Shown: in pieces, positions 19,024-29,093 of the stretch
Layout of the letters: every line of letters starts with the position of its first letter
Position numbering within the stretch: the first letter of the stretch is position 1
Assembly: GCA_964423445.1 (NCBI GenBank)
Contig: CAYREQ010000004.1
Location: 2,700 to 66,699 of the forward strand
Reading direction: 5' to 3'
Source of the DNA: an uncultured Candidatus Saccharibacteria bacterium
GTDB taxonomy: Bacteria > Patescibacteriota > Minisyncoccia > Phycocordibacterales > UBA9973
DNA length: 64,000 bases
Translations under genes and position numbers: made by a program
Notes under the pieces: model-generated
What the model was told of the DNA's origin: nothing
Database searches by the model: none
The model's input: the letters and a program-made list of their open reading frames with translations, nothing else

Positions 19024-19944
19024 ATGAACTGGTTTTTTATTGCTTTAGGTGCGCCATTTTTATGGGCTTTGGTAAACATAGCCGATAAATATCTTGTAGG
19101 GAGATTCTCAAATAAAGAGAAGGAACATAGTTCTGGGGGACTTGTACTTTTTTCTAGCTTAATTGGTCTAATTATAGCTTTTTCTATTTGGATTTTTATT
19201 CCAAATGTTTTTCAAATACCAACAATAGATAAGATGCTTCTTTTTGTCTGTGGAGTGCTTACTATCGTTTGGATTATTTTATATTTATTTTCGTTAGAAA
19301 TAGAAGAAGCTTCGGCTATTGTTCCTTGGTTTCTTTCAGTACCAGTTTTTGGTTATATTTTGGGTTATTTTTTTCTAGGAGAGAAGCTGACCAACAACCA
19401 GCTCATAGGGGCGGGGATAATTTTTATTGGACTTATATTAATTTCCTTCAACTTTGAATCTGGCAAAAAAAGACTGAAGGGTAAGCATGTTTTTTATATG
19501 TTTTTTGCATGTATCGCTATCGCAGTTTCTGGAGTTGTTTTCAAGTATGTAACTATTGGAAATGACTTTTGGATTTCATCTTTTTGGGAATATTTAGGAC
19601 TTGGTTTTTCTGGGCTACTTATATTTTTATTTATTCCACATTATCGTGAAGCTTTTATTCATATGAATAAAATGGGTGGAAAAACTATTTTTATAGTAAA
19701 TATAATCAGCGAGTTTATGTCAGTTGCTGGAAATCTCTTAACAAATTTTGCTCTTCTACTTGCACCAGTCGCTATGGTATTTCTAGTAGGAAGCTTCCAG
19801 CCAGCTATGGTTCTCATCTTGGCAATATTTGCTACAAAGTTTTTCCCAAACATAGCCAAAGAAAACTTAAACAAATCCAGTTTACTACCTAAAATCCTAG
19901 CTATAATCATCATGACCATAGGTAGTGGAATACTATTTCTCTAA
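19024..19944 (+). CDS. Polytopic membrane protein, DMT/EamA-like permease
   Basis: About 10 predicted TM helices arranged as two similar halves. No specific motif recognised. Confidence 0.4.
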   Translation: MNWFFIALGAPFLWALVNIADKYLVGRFSNKEKEHSSGGLVLFSSLIGLIIAFSIWIFIPNVFQIPTIDKMLLFVCGVLTIVWIILYLFSLEIEEASAIVPWFLSVPVFGYILGYFFLGEKLTNNQLIGAGIIFIGLILISFNFESGKKRLKGKHVFYMFFACIAIAVSGVVFKYVTIGNDFWISSFWEYLGLGFSGLLIFLFIPHYREAFIHMNKMGGKTIFIVNIISEFMSVAGNLLTNFALLLAPVAMVFLVGSFQPAMVLILAIFATKFFPNIAKENLNKSSLLPKILAIIIMTIGSGILFL

Positions 19945-19966
19945 TACATATGTTAAAATACAATAC

Positions 19967-20371
19967 ATGGTTGAAGACATTAAAAAGGAAAACAATATAT
20001 TTCTATATCTATTGCTTGGTGGATGTCTCATAGCTATCGCTGTATCTTTCTATTTTTTCTATTTTAAAAAAGACTACGAATTTATCGTAGAGACTTCTTG
20101 CGACCCATCAAAAGAGACCTGTATTCAACGTGATTGTTCAAATCCTGATGATTGTCCTCCAAATGGATTTACTGATTTCAAGAGATACAGCCTAAATGCT
20201 GGAGATTTTGATATGTGTGAAAATGAAGATTGCACTAAAGCTTGCGAGACTAAAGCTATCCAATGTACACAAATAGAGTGCGTAGAAGACGAGATAGCTG
20301 GAGAATCTTGTAGTGTCGTAGAAGAAAAGGTAGACGGAGCAAAAACAGAAGAAAATATAATTCAAGAATAA
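19967..20371 (+). CDS. Small membrane-anchored Cys-rich protein
   Basis: One TM helix followed by a domain with about 12 Cys (CDPSKETCIQRDCSNPDDCPP...). The start is moved to an internal Met to avoid overlap with the upstream gene. Confidence 0.4.
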   Translation: MVEDIKKENNIFLYLLLGGCLIAIAVSFYFFYFKKDYEFIVETSCDPSKETCIQRDCSNPDDCPPNGFTDFKRYSLNAGDFDMCENEDCTKACETKAIQCTQIECVEDEIAGESCSVVEEKVDGAKTEENIIQE

Positions 20372-20373
20372 TA

Positions 20374-21183
20374 ATGACAAAAATCGGAGACTATGATGCA
20401 ATAATGAATGACCATAAACTTTTCAACCAAGTTGTTTATACTCCCCTATCTGAGGCGGTAAAAATTCTTGAAGAAAGACAAAAGGACAAAGAGCTTTTAA
20501 ATAAAGTTAAAAAATTATTAGATGGAGAAATACCAGAACCACTAAAAAAAATGGACAGATATGGAATTAGTGGCAAACAAATAGCTACACCAAACTTTGA
20601 CACGAGATGGTTTATAGAACTAACAAAGGTTTTTGGGTTAAAAACCTTTTTTTATGAATATCATTCAGATAAATTTACCTCAAATAACTATTTCAAACAC
20701 TCCTTAGGTCAGATATTAATACATAGTGGAATAAATAAAAAAGAAGACTATATAGAAGAAAAGATAACTATCGTTGATTTTAATAAATATAATGGCAAGC
20801 CCCTAAAAGATGTTTTGACATTGTGGGGAGAGCCATTGATAGATTTTCATAAAAATATTTTTAACGCTTACAATTTTGATACAGAAAAATTTATATTTTA
20901 TGATGGCTCTAATTGGTTAAAAAACAATGGAGGTGACGCAAAAGATTATTATGAAAAAGATCAATTATTATATATATGTCATGGTATTCTGTTTGAAAAT
21001 TTTTTACTGACAGGTGATGACCGTAAATTCACAAGAGACATTTTTCTGCCAGCGTTTGAAAAAGCTTATAATCTAACGGGTGTGAAACCCTTAATAGTCC
21101 CAATTCCACCAATGGACGTCGAAGAAGAGTCCCATTGGTTCTCATATGATAAAAAAATCAAACCTTATATAAAACTAAAATAA
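20374..21183 (+). CDS. Hypothetical protein
   Basis: 269-aa ORF tightly coupled to its neighbours (3-nt gaps). No motif recognised. Confidence 0.4.
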   Translation: MTKIGDYDAIMNDHKLFNQVVYTPLSEAVKILEERQKDKELLNKVKKLLDGEIPEPLKKMDRYGISGKQIATPNFDTRWFIELTKVFGLKTFFYEYHSDKFTSNNYFKHSLGQILIHSGINKKEDYIEEKITIVDFNKYNGKPLKDVLTLWGEPLIDFHKNIFNAYNFDTEKFIFYDGSNWLKNNGGDAKDYYEKDQLLYICHGILFENFLLTGDDRKFTRDIFLPAFEKAYNLTGVKPLIVPIPPMDVEEESHWFSYDKKIKPYIKLK

Positions 21184-21185
21184 TT

Positions 21186-22853
21186 ATGATCGACTCAAAC
21201 ACAATATTAAACGTATGCTACATTGCTCCAGATTTCACCAGCCTGGTATTTTATTCTCATATTGTCCCAATAATTTTATCTCTCGTACTAGGAATATTTG
21301 TATTTATAAAATCAAAATTTAATTTTTTCTCAAAAGTTTTCCTATCTTTCATTTTCGTTTTTGCTATTTGGCTAACTGGGGATTTAATTACATGGACTTC
21401 AACTAACTACAATCTAATCTATACCATATGGTCATTTTTGCTATATCTAGAAATTGTTTTTTACGCTCTTGGTCTTTATTTCGCAATAGTTTTTGTTAAA
21501 AAATCAGATATATCTTTTATATTTAAAGTACTTATATTTCTTTTGACTATTCCTGCTTTCTTACTCACTATAAATCAGCAATCAGTCGTAGGTTTTAATT
21601 ACCCAGTCTGTGAAGCACTGAACGATAATTTTTTAGATACATATAAACTAATCTTTGAAGCAATAATATTGTCTGTAATTCTTATTTATGCTCTAAATCC
21701 TTTCTTTAAAAAGCTATCTTGGAAAGAAGCCTTCCCAAAATTAGTGGTATTAGGTTCGATGTTTTTATTCTTAGCTATTTTTGGAATCACAGAATATCTA
21801 GCTTCAGTAACTGGAAATTATGAAATGAATCTATACAGCTTGTTTCTAATGCCTGTATTCCTGGTGGCTATCATCTACTCTGTATTTGAGCTAGATATAT
21901 TCAATGTAAAAGTACTTGGCTCTCACTATCTAGTCATCGGCCTTATCATATTGATGGGGGGGCAATTATTCTTTATCACAAACACTACAAACAGATTGCT
22001 CACCATCATAGCCATGATAATTGCTGGTATTTTGAGTTTTGTATTATTTAGAAATATTAAAAAAGAATCTGACCAAAGAACACAAATCTTGAAGCTAAAC
22101 ACGGACTTGCAAAACCTAGTGAATCAAAGAGAGTCTCTAGTTCACTTGGTTACTCACAAAGTGAAAGGTTCTTTTACTCACTCAAAATACATCTTTGCTG
22201 GCTTACTCGATGGAAGTTTTGGAGATATTTCTCCTGAATTAAAAAAGATAGCCAAAGATGGATTGGACTCAGACAACACAGGTATAAATACAGTGGACTT
22301 GGTATTAAACGCTGCAAACTTGGCGAGAGGTACAGTGAGATATGGTATGAAAAAAGTAGATTTTAAAGATATAGTATTAGATTCTATAAATGATAAAAAA
22401 ATGGGCATAGAAGCCAAGGGCTTGCAACTAATTACTGAAATAAAAGATGAGAAGACTCCAAACTTTTACAATATTATGGGTGATGCTTTCTGGCTCAAAG
22501 AAGCTGTAAACAATTTACTCGAAAACTCTCTAAAATATACAAAAGTAGGTACTATAAATATAACTCTTGAAAAGATTGGAGAGAAAATAAAACTCACAGT
22601 GAAAGATACAGGAATAGGTATCACTAAAGAAGATAGAAAAAATCTATTCACCGAAGGAGGCCGTGGTAAAGAATCTGTAAAAGTAAACGTAGACAGTACT
22701 GGCTATGGTTTGTACACTGTAAAGCTAATCATAGATGCCCATGGGGGTAAGGTTTGGGTAGAATCCGAAGGCGCAGGCAAAGGCTCTACTTTCTTTGTAG
22801 AATTACCTGCTCTACCTGAAAAAGAAAAAATATTAGAAGCTCCTACTGCTTAA
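21186..22853 (+). CDS. Sensor histidine kinase with a multi-TM N-terminal domain (orphan; no response regulator in the window)
   Basis: About 7-8 TM helices, an atypical H-box region (LVTHKVKGSFTHSKYIFAG) and a C-terminal HATPase_c domain with N, G1 and G2 boxes (NLLENSLKYT, KDTGIGI, GYGLYTVKLIIDAHGGKVWV). Confidence 0.7.
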   Translation: MIDSNTILNVCYIAPDFTSLVFYSHIVPIILSLVLGIFVFIKSKFNFFSKVFLSFIFVFAIWLTGDLITWTSTNYNLIYTIWSFLLYLEIVFYALGLYFAIVFVKKSDISFIFKVLIFLLTIPAFLLTINQQSVVGFNYPVCEALNDNFLDTYKLIFEAIILSVILIYALNPFFKKLSWKEAFPKLVVLGSMFLFLAIFGITEYLASVTGNYEMNLYSLFLMPVFLVAIIYSVFELDIFNVKVLGSHYLVIGLIILMGGQLFFITNTTNRLLTIIAMIIAGILSFVLFRNIKKESDQRTQILKLNTDLQNLVNQRESLVHLVTHKVKGSFTHSKYIFAGLLDGSFGDISPELKKIAKDGLDSDNTGINTVDLVLNAANLARGTVRYGMKKVDFKDIVLDSINDKKMGIEAKGLQLITEIKDEKTPNFYNIMGDAFWLKEAVNNLLENSLKYTKVGTINITLEKIGEKIKLTVKDTGIGITKEDRKNLFTEGGRGKESVKVNVDSTGYGLYTVKLIIDAHGGKVWVESEGAGKGSTFFVELPALPEKEKILEAPTA

Positions 22854-23422
22854 TTTTTTTCTACTATAAAATTAAACACGTGCCAATGTTTTGGTTTACC
22901 TGAAGCAGTATTCCCTTCTTTCTCTTCTTCAATAAATTCTAAAATCTTAAAATCAGACAGTAAACTCATTGCTTGTTTTCTAGTATGAAAAACAATCTCT
23001 TTTCTATCTATTTTCCAACTATCTTTATTACCAAAAAATTGACCGACGAAAATACCTTTTGATTTTAAGGATTTTGTAATATTTTTTATAAAAGAATTAA
23101 ACTCTTTTTTGCCATAAAAAGGAAGTGCGTACTGAGCATTTACTAAATCAAAAGTATTTTTGGGAAAATCATATTCCAGAAATGGAATATTTTTATAACT
23201 AAATTTTTTGTTTTTAAAATTCCTTGCAAATAATTTTGTCTCTGGAGCACTATCAATAGCTAAAACATTTTTAAATCCTTTCTTTATTAAATATTTTGAT
23301 TCAATTAGTGTACCTGCTCCCAAGTCTAAAGCATTTTCTTTATTTTTAGAAAAAGAAACAGCTTGAACTAAAAGCTCTCTGGTTTTTCTTTTTTTATGTT
23401 TTTTAAAGTATGATTTCCACAT
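22850..23422 (-). CDS. Class I SAM-dependent methyltransferase
   Basis: Motif I ALDLGAGTLIES and a post-I acidic residue (VLAIDSAPE). Confidence 0.65.
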   Translation of the reverse strand: MWKSYFKKHKKRKTRELLVQAVSFSKNKENALDLGAGTLIESKYLIKKGFKNVLAIDSAPETKLFARNFKNKKFSYKNIPFLEYDFPKNTFDLVNAQYALPFYGKKEFNSFIKNITKSLKSKGIFVGQFFGNKDSWKIDRKEIVFHTRKQAMSLLSDFKILEFIEEEKEGNTASGKPKHWHVFNFIVEKN

Positions 23423-23474
23423 AATATCTAATTATACAGAAATGGGGTAAATAAAAATAAAATACTTTTACTTC

Positions 23475-24359
23475 TTATTGTTTAACTTCACTAGCACCTA
23501 GTCTCAAGATTATTTCTCGGACAGCGTTTTCACTATTTGTGATAACGATAGAATTGTCATCGGCAAATACATATGCCATTACTATATTTTTATCTGTATC
23601 GTACAAAATACGAGCATTTTTATTTTCTATAATACCGTTTTCAAAGTTTTTAGTTAAAAGATATTTTGTCTCTGGCAACAAATCTACTCCGAAAAATCCA
23701 TGTAAGTCCAAAAACATTTTAGATTCCCAGGAACGCATAATCTCAAATACGTCTATAATAGAACGCATCTTCATCAACATGAAAAAGCTATTTGTAGAAT
23801 TATCATTTTTTATGATACCCATCAAAAAATTGTCATCCACAAAGTTTGCTTCACTAGGGTTAAAGCTCCCATCTATTGCCGACATAAATTTTCTCAAGCC
23901 GACAGGGCTCTTGTTTAAAGTAGGATAAATACCCTCAATCTGTCTAATTTTTATAGTACTAGTGTTCACACCATCAAAGACTTTTTTCTCTATTACAGTT
24001 TTTTTCAAATCAGCTATCTCGAGTAAGGCATTTTTATCTGTAAAAATAATCGGCACAAATTGTTTTGCCACAGGCACCGTCGGCACTGCCCTCTTTTGGA
24101 AAAAGAAAAACAGAGTTCCGATGGAAGCTAAAATCAAAATCAGACCGAAAAACATAAAGAATTTATTCTTTCTAGACTGTGGAGATTCATTTCTTTTTTC
24201 TATTTCATGCTGTTCTTCGCTATGGATTATTTTTTTTATTATTCCACCCCTACCATCTTCTAGTACATGAGTCATGTCTTCAGTAAAAGTTTTGATAACC
24301 TTACTCTTTCCTATAGGCAAGTCTCCTGTTTTATTAGTGGTTTTATTTTCTGGTTCCAT
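23475..24359 (-). CDS. Membrane-anchored hypothetical protein
   Basis: Single TM helix (FFMFFGLILILASIGTLFFFF) followed by a roughly 200-aa extracytoplasmic domain. Confidence 0.4.
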   Translation of the reverse strand: MEPENKTTNKTGDLPIGKSKVIKTFTEDMTHVLEDGRGGIIKKIIHSEEQHEIEKRNESPQSRKNKFFMFFGLILILASIGTLFFFFQKRAVPTVPVAKQFVPIIFTDKNALLEIADLKKTVIEKKVFDGVNTSTIKIRQIEGIYPTLNKSPVGLRKFMSAIDGSFNPSEANFVDDNFLMGIIKNDNSTNSFFMLMKMRSIIDVFEIMRSWESKMFLDLHGFFGVDLLPETKYLLTKNFENGIIENKNARILYDTDKNIVMAYVFADDNSIVITNSENAVREIILRLGASEVKQ

Positions 24360-24457
24360 AATATATTTATTCTAACATTTTTATAAATTTATTTGTATTA
24401 ATAAAAATGAAAACCGCCTTGTGGGACGACGGTCCTCATCAAAGCGGTGATGCAATA

Positions 24458-25321
24458 TTAGTTTATAGCAACCTCTCTTTTTTTAATCAAAGTTGCAACC
24501 CCGAATCCGGCGTATGTCATAGGTATTAGATAAATCGTTGCAGGTTGTGGAAAATCTGAATAGAAAAGCACAGCCAGAGTTATTATCATACCTAAAAGGT
24601 AGCCAGAGATTGACCCAGCGGCGCCCAATTTCCCGTAGGTGCGATAAGCAAGCATGATTATCAGCCCCGGAAATACTAAATCTCCTACTCCCGTAGCTAA
24701 GACACCCTGTGCTTCGGGGGAAATTCCTTCAGGTATTACAATCATAGCCCCTGAATTATTTCCGGATATTTGAGCAAGCTTTTGCATCTGCATCGAATAG
24801 AAAACGGCAAAAAAATCAAATGCCATGATTCCCACAGACAGAGCTGCACATTGCCGATAGTTAATGTTTCTAATACTGACAAGAAAGATTAAAGCGGCGG
24901 CAAATGCACAAAAGTTGTTGGTAATCCAATTGGGATAGCTCAACCAAACATAAGTAGCTACGCTCGCAAAAAGGATTCCTCCCAATAAAAATAATTTCCG
25001 GTCTTTTTCTCTCTTTGCAAACAGAGATGGAAAAACCATAAAAATCAAGAACGTTACTATTTTATTAAGATTAGTGAAAAGACCAGAAGAAAGGTCAAAT
25101 AGATTAATCATTAAAAAAATTAGGAGCGTCATGCCGACAGCCACGAGAACTATTGTCCCCAAGACTTGCTTCTTGTTTTTAGGTTTCACCTGAAGAATGG
25201 GATGGTCGATGTACTCATATTCATGGGCACGCCTGTATTCAAAGCTCAAATAGCAAGCGAACGCATAGAACAAAACAGTAGCAACAAACCACAACGATGT
25301 TATGGTGACTAGTTTATACAC
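24458..25321 (-). CDS. Presenilin/signal-peptide-peptidase (A22)-family intramembrane aspartyl protease homologue
   Basis: Polytopic protein carrying all three family signatures in the right order: FD in a TM helix (MAFDFFAVFYS, cf. SPP YDVFWVF), GVGDLVFPG (cf. GLGDIVIPG) and QPATIYLIP (cf. the QPALLYLVP PAL motif). Confidence 0.7.
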   Translation of the reverse strand: MYKLVTITSLWFVATVLFYAFACYLSFEYRRAHEYEYIDHPILQVKPKNKKQVLGTIVLVAVGMTLLIFLMINLFDLSSGLFTNLNKIVTFLIFMVFPSLFAKREKDRKLFLLGGILFASVATYVWLSYPNWITNNFCAFAAALIFLVSIRNINYRQCAALSVGIMAFDFFAVFYSMQMQKLAQISGNNSGAMIVIPEGISPEAQGVLATGVGDLVFPGLIIMLAYRTYGKLGAAGSISGYLLGMIITLAVLFYSDFPQPATIYLIPMTYAGFGVATLIKKREVAIN

Positions 25322-25418
25322 GGTTTTTTCTCCTTAAAGTACTGAATTTTCTGTAGTTACATTACAAGAAAATACCACTTCCGTCAATAAAACCGTTTAT
25401 ATTATAGATAAATTATAT

Positions 25419-27530
25419 TTAAATTTTCTTGAAGAAATCTTTGTCCGCTTCGCGAATAGATAGACTTATCTTACCTGCTACAGCATCCACTTTTATTATT
25501 TTGACAGGCACTATCATTCCTTCTTTTATTATGTCAGCCACACGCTCTACACGAAATGGTGCGATTTCAGAAATATGTACCATACCATCAGTGAAAGCAT
25601 TTAATCTTACAAAAGCTCCAAAGTCTGCGACTTTGACCACTTCCCCTTTTAGAATTTCTCCCACTTGATATTCGTGAGTCATCATCTCCACGATTTCTTT
25701 TGCTTTATTTGCAGAATCACCTATTCCTGTAAAGTAAACTGTTCCATCATCTTCTATAGTAATCTCGGCTCCAGATTTTTCTTTTATTTCTTTTATAGTT
25801 TTTCCTCCACCACCGATTACCATACCTATCTTGTCTGGATTAATTTTTATGATAAGTATTTTTGGTGCTCGGGCTGAAATCTCGGCTCGAGGTGCAGGTA
25901 TTTCTTTTTCAATTCTGTCTATGATAGCGACACGGGCAGACTTTGACTGACGCATAGCTTCACCAAGTATTTTTATTGGTACACCTTCTACTTTTACATC
26001 TAATTGAATTGCAGTCACTCCATCTCGTGTTCCAGCAATTTTGAAATCCATATCTCCATGGTGGTCTTCTGGTCCTTGAATATCAGTCAAAATTTTATAT
26101 TTATCATCAGACTCATACATGAGACCCATAGCAATACCTCCGACAGGAGCTTTGATAGGTACTCCGCCATCCATAAGTGCGAGAATAGATGCACAAATAG
26201 AAGCTTGTGATGTAGAACCATTTGAAGCCATAGATTCAGAAACTATTCTGATAGTATAAGGAAAATCTGCGACAGATGGTAATACCATTGCTAACGCTTT
26301 TTCAGCTAAAGCTCCGTGTCCTACCTCGCGACGATTTGTAAATCCTGCGCGTCCTACTTCTCCAGCAGAATATGGAGGGAAATTGTAGTGATGCATAAAT
26401 CTTTTCTCAAATTTTAACTGCATGCCATCGAGAAGCTGTCTATCTTCTGGTCCACCTAGAGTAAGTACAGACAATACATGTGTTCCTCCGCGATAAAAAA
26501 TTCCAGAACCATGTACTATGGATGATACTCCACCAGCTTGAGCATACAAATCACGAAGTTCATCCATCGCTCTACCATCAGCTCTTTTATTTTCATTTAT
26601 TGCTTCTTTGTGCAATATGTCATTTTCAGTATTATCAAACAGTGCGTCTTCCAGAGCAAAATCATCTCTATCAGGGTAATGTTCTTTTACCATTTTATTC
26701 CAAACACCATGCAATTCATCTATTTTTTCTTTTCCAGGTCCAGCAAAAATTGCTTCCATCATCTTTGGCAATATATTTTCGTTAAATAATTTTACTGATT
26801 CAGGATTTATCTCTTCTTTTGGTATTACTCTTTTTGTCTTTCCTATTTCAGCTACAATTTTCTTTTGGAAATCTTCTATCTTAGTGATTTCTAGGCTTGC
26901 GACTTTCAAAGCTTCTTCCAGCTCTGCTTCTGGTGTCTGATGGGCAGATGCTTCAATCATATTTATATTTCCAGCCTTACCACACACAGTCAGATCAAAT
27001 TTATACTGAGAATCATCTTCACGTAATTTTTGTGAAGGATTTATCTTTAATGTATCGTCATCATACTTTCCTATACGCACACATCCTACTGGTCCGGCCC
27101 AAGGAATATTTGATACAGCGAGAGCAAGTGATGCTGCATTTACTGCTAGTATTGTAGGATCTTCGTCATCTGCAGATATTACTGTCACGATTACTTGCAC
27201 GGCATGACGAATAGATTGATCAAATAGAGGGCGTAAAGTACGGTCTATTACTCGACTACCCAAGATGGCGTCTTCGGAAGGCTTGCCTTCTCTTTTCATA
27301 AAACGGCCACCCAAAATCTTTCCAGAAGCATAAAACTTCTCTACATAGTCCACTGTCAAATTAAACCAACCTAAGCCTTTTTGGCTATCTTTAGACATAC
27401 AAGCAGTAGCCAAAACCACAGTCTCCCCGTAGCGGAGCATGACTGAACCATGAGCTTGTTCTGCTAAGTCTGTAAATACGGCAGTCATTGTCTTACCGCC
27501 AATTTCTACTGAATATTCTTTTTTTTGCAT
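25419..27530 (-). CDS. pnp: Polyribonucleotide nucleotidyltransferase (PNPase)
   Basis: Two RNase PH-like domains followed by KH (IGMVIGGGGKTIKEIKEKSGAEI) and S1 (GEILKGEVVKVADFGAFVRL) domains; 703 aa. Confidence 0.9.
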   Translation of the reverse strand: MQKKEYSVEIGGKTMTAVFTDLAEQAHGSVMLRYGETVVLATACMSKDSQKGLGWFNLTVDYVEKFYASGKILGGRFMKREGKPSEDAILGSRVIDRTLRPLFDQSIRHAVQVIVTVISADDEDPTILAVNAASLALAVSNIPWAGPVGCVRIGKYDDDTLKINPSQKLREDDSQYKFDLTVCGKAGNINMIEASAHQTPEAELEEALKVASLEITKIEDFQKKIVAEIGKTKRVIPKEEINPESVKLFNENILPKMMEAIFAGPGKEKIDELHGVWNKMVKEHYPDRDDFALEDALFDNTENDILHKEAINENKRADGRAMDELRDLYAQAGGVSSIVHGSGIFYRGGTHVLSVLTLGGPEDRQLLDGMQLKFEKRFMHHYNFPPYSAGEVGRAGFTNRREVGHGALAEKALAMVLPSVADFPYTIRIVSESMASNGSTSQASICASILALMDGGVPIKAPVGGIAMGLMYESDDKYKILTDIQGPEDHHGDMDFKIAGTRDGVTAIQLDVKVEGVPIKILGEAMRQSKSARVAIIDRIEKEIPAPRAEISARAPKILIIKINPDKIGMVIGGGGKTIKEIKEKSGAEITIEDDGTVYFTGIGDSANKAKEIVEMMTHEYQVGEILKGEVVKVADFGAFVRLNAFTDGMVHISEIAPFRVERVADIIKEGMIVPVKIIKVDAVAGKISLSIREADKDFFKKI

Positions 27531-27962
27531 ATTTTACCCACTTTAGTGGGGTGAAGTTCGTGCCCAGACTGCAGTATTGTCCCTTTTTTCACCCAAGAAC
27601 ACTACTATATGTCTGAACGCGAACCAAATTAATTAATAAACTAATCATTATAATACCACTTTTTGTCAAAAATGCCAACTTTTTAACCCTCTTGAGTTAT
27701 CCCCAATTGGGTTGACTTGAAGCCAATATTGGGCTACCCTTTATATATACCCCTGAAGAGAAGCCTGACCGAAGACGACTGAAAGCTAGAAACGACAGTA
27801 ACCATCGTGAGAACCTTTTCCACTTAAATAACCTTATTTTAGTGGTCATAACACAACTTAATTGGTCGTTCTGTGATTTAACCCCTATTTGCTATGTCTT
27901 TTGGGGCTTAAAAAGGCAAAATCTCTCGATAAAAAGCTTGTTTTATAAAACACTTACCTAAA

Positions 27963-29042
27963 ATGTCTAAATATTCCCTTACTTACCCCTTATTAATCGG
28001 GGCAGTTTTTGTGTCTTTAGCGTCTCCAAGCAATGTTGAGGCTAGTTTTTTCTCTTCAATCTTAAACAACAACCAAGCCTTGGCAGACTCTGCTTTCCCT
28101 TCTAGTAATAATTCGCAGACCATGCCTCTCTTGCAAGCAAATGTATCTTCTTTCCAAGTTTTACAAAAAAAGGATGACAAGGTTCCACCAATAGACTCAA
28201 ATGCAAATATAAACATTGTTTCAAAAAATTCTTTAATGCCTACAGCTAGTCCTCAGAGTGCCCTAGGAGAAGGAGTGGGCGGTGTAGAATTTTCTGAAGA
28301 AAATGACATAGAAATCTATGTAGTAAAAGCTGGAGATACCCCGCAGATAGTGGCTGAGATGTTTGATATCTCTGTAGACACTATATATTCAGCTAATGAC
28401 ATGAAAAAAGGTGACAAATTAAGCGTAGGAGACGTACTCCTTATCTTACCTTTCTCTGGAGTTGAACACACAGTAGTCAAAGGAGACACTGTACAAAGCA
28501 TCGCAAATAAATACAAAGTGGATTTGAAAGATATCCTCAGTGCAAACGACTTAGATGCAGATTACAAGCTTTCAGTAGGAGAAAGATTGATGATTCCAGG
28601 AGCAGAACTATCAAGTGGCTCTACTACAACTACAAAACCAAAGACTACTACACCTACAAAAGGAGGAAAGACTATCAAACAATCTCTACCAAGTGTTTCA
28701 GGTTACTTCAAAAACCCAGTACCGGGAGCACGAAGAACAAGAGGCATAAAACCAGGACACAGAGGTGTAGACCTTGCAGCTCCAATTGGTACACCTATAT
28801 ATGCGGCGGCTGGTGGTAATGTCATAATCGCTAGAATGGGTTACAATGGTGGCTTTGGAAATTATGTAGTAATCCAACACGACAATGGTACAAAGACTCT
28901 ATATGCTCATCAATCTAGACTAGCTACAAAAGCTGGAGACAGAGTCTCTCAAGGTGAAGTCATAGGCTATGTAGGTTCTACTGGCCGTTCTACTGGACCT
29001 CACCTACACATAGAAGTTCTCGGAGGTAAAAATCCTTTCTAA
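27963..29042 (+). CDS. LysM-domain M23 family peptidoglycan endopeptidase
   Basis: Signal peptide, three LysM repeats (YVVKAGDTPQIVAEMF..., HTVVKGDTVQSIANKY..., LKDILSAND...) and an M23 domain with HRGVDLAAP and HLHIE. Confidence 0.85.
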   Translation: MSKYSLTYPLLIGAVFVSLASPSNVEASFFSSILNNNQALADSAFPSSNNSQTMPLLQANVSSFQVLQKKDDKVPPIDSNANINIVSKNSLMPTASPQSALGEGVGGVEFSEENDIEIYVVKAGDTPQIVAEMFDISVDTIYSANDMKKGDKLSVGDVLLILPFSGVEHTVVKGDTVQSIANKYKVDLKDILSANDLDADYKLSVGERLMIPGAELSSGSTTTTKPKTTTPTKGGKTIKQSLPSVSGYFKNPVPGARRTRGIKPGHRGVDLAAPIGTPIYAAAGGNVIIARMGYNGGFGNYVVIQHDNGTKTLYAHQSRLATKAGDRVSQGEVIGYVGSTGRSTGPHLHIEVLGGKNPF

Positions 29043-29051
29043 AAATAAACA

Positions 29052-29085
29052 AAAAAGCCCCGACACATGTCGGGGCTTTTTTTAT
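29052..29085. terminator. Bidirectional rho-independent terminator
   Basis: AGCCCCGAC-acat-GTCGGGGCT palindrome flanked by an A-run and a T-run. Confidence 0.6.
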
Positions 29086-29093
29086 ACAAAATT

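Noticed and set aside
27647-27669. Perfect TTGACA and TATAAT hexamers on the minus strand upstream of pnp
   Set aside because: The spacer between them is only about 11 nt, too short for a sigma70 promoter. A TGn-extended -10 may still function, but I cannot call a promoter confidently.
27531-27962. tmRNA, RNase P RNA or SRP RNA in the long pnp/LysM intergenic region
   Set aside because: None of the conserved blocks (RNase P AGGAAAGUCCGGGCUCC, SRP GGAA tetraloop helix, tmRNA tRNA-like CCA end) could be recognised by eye. It is left as an unclassified candidate structured region.
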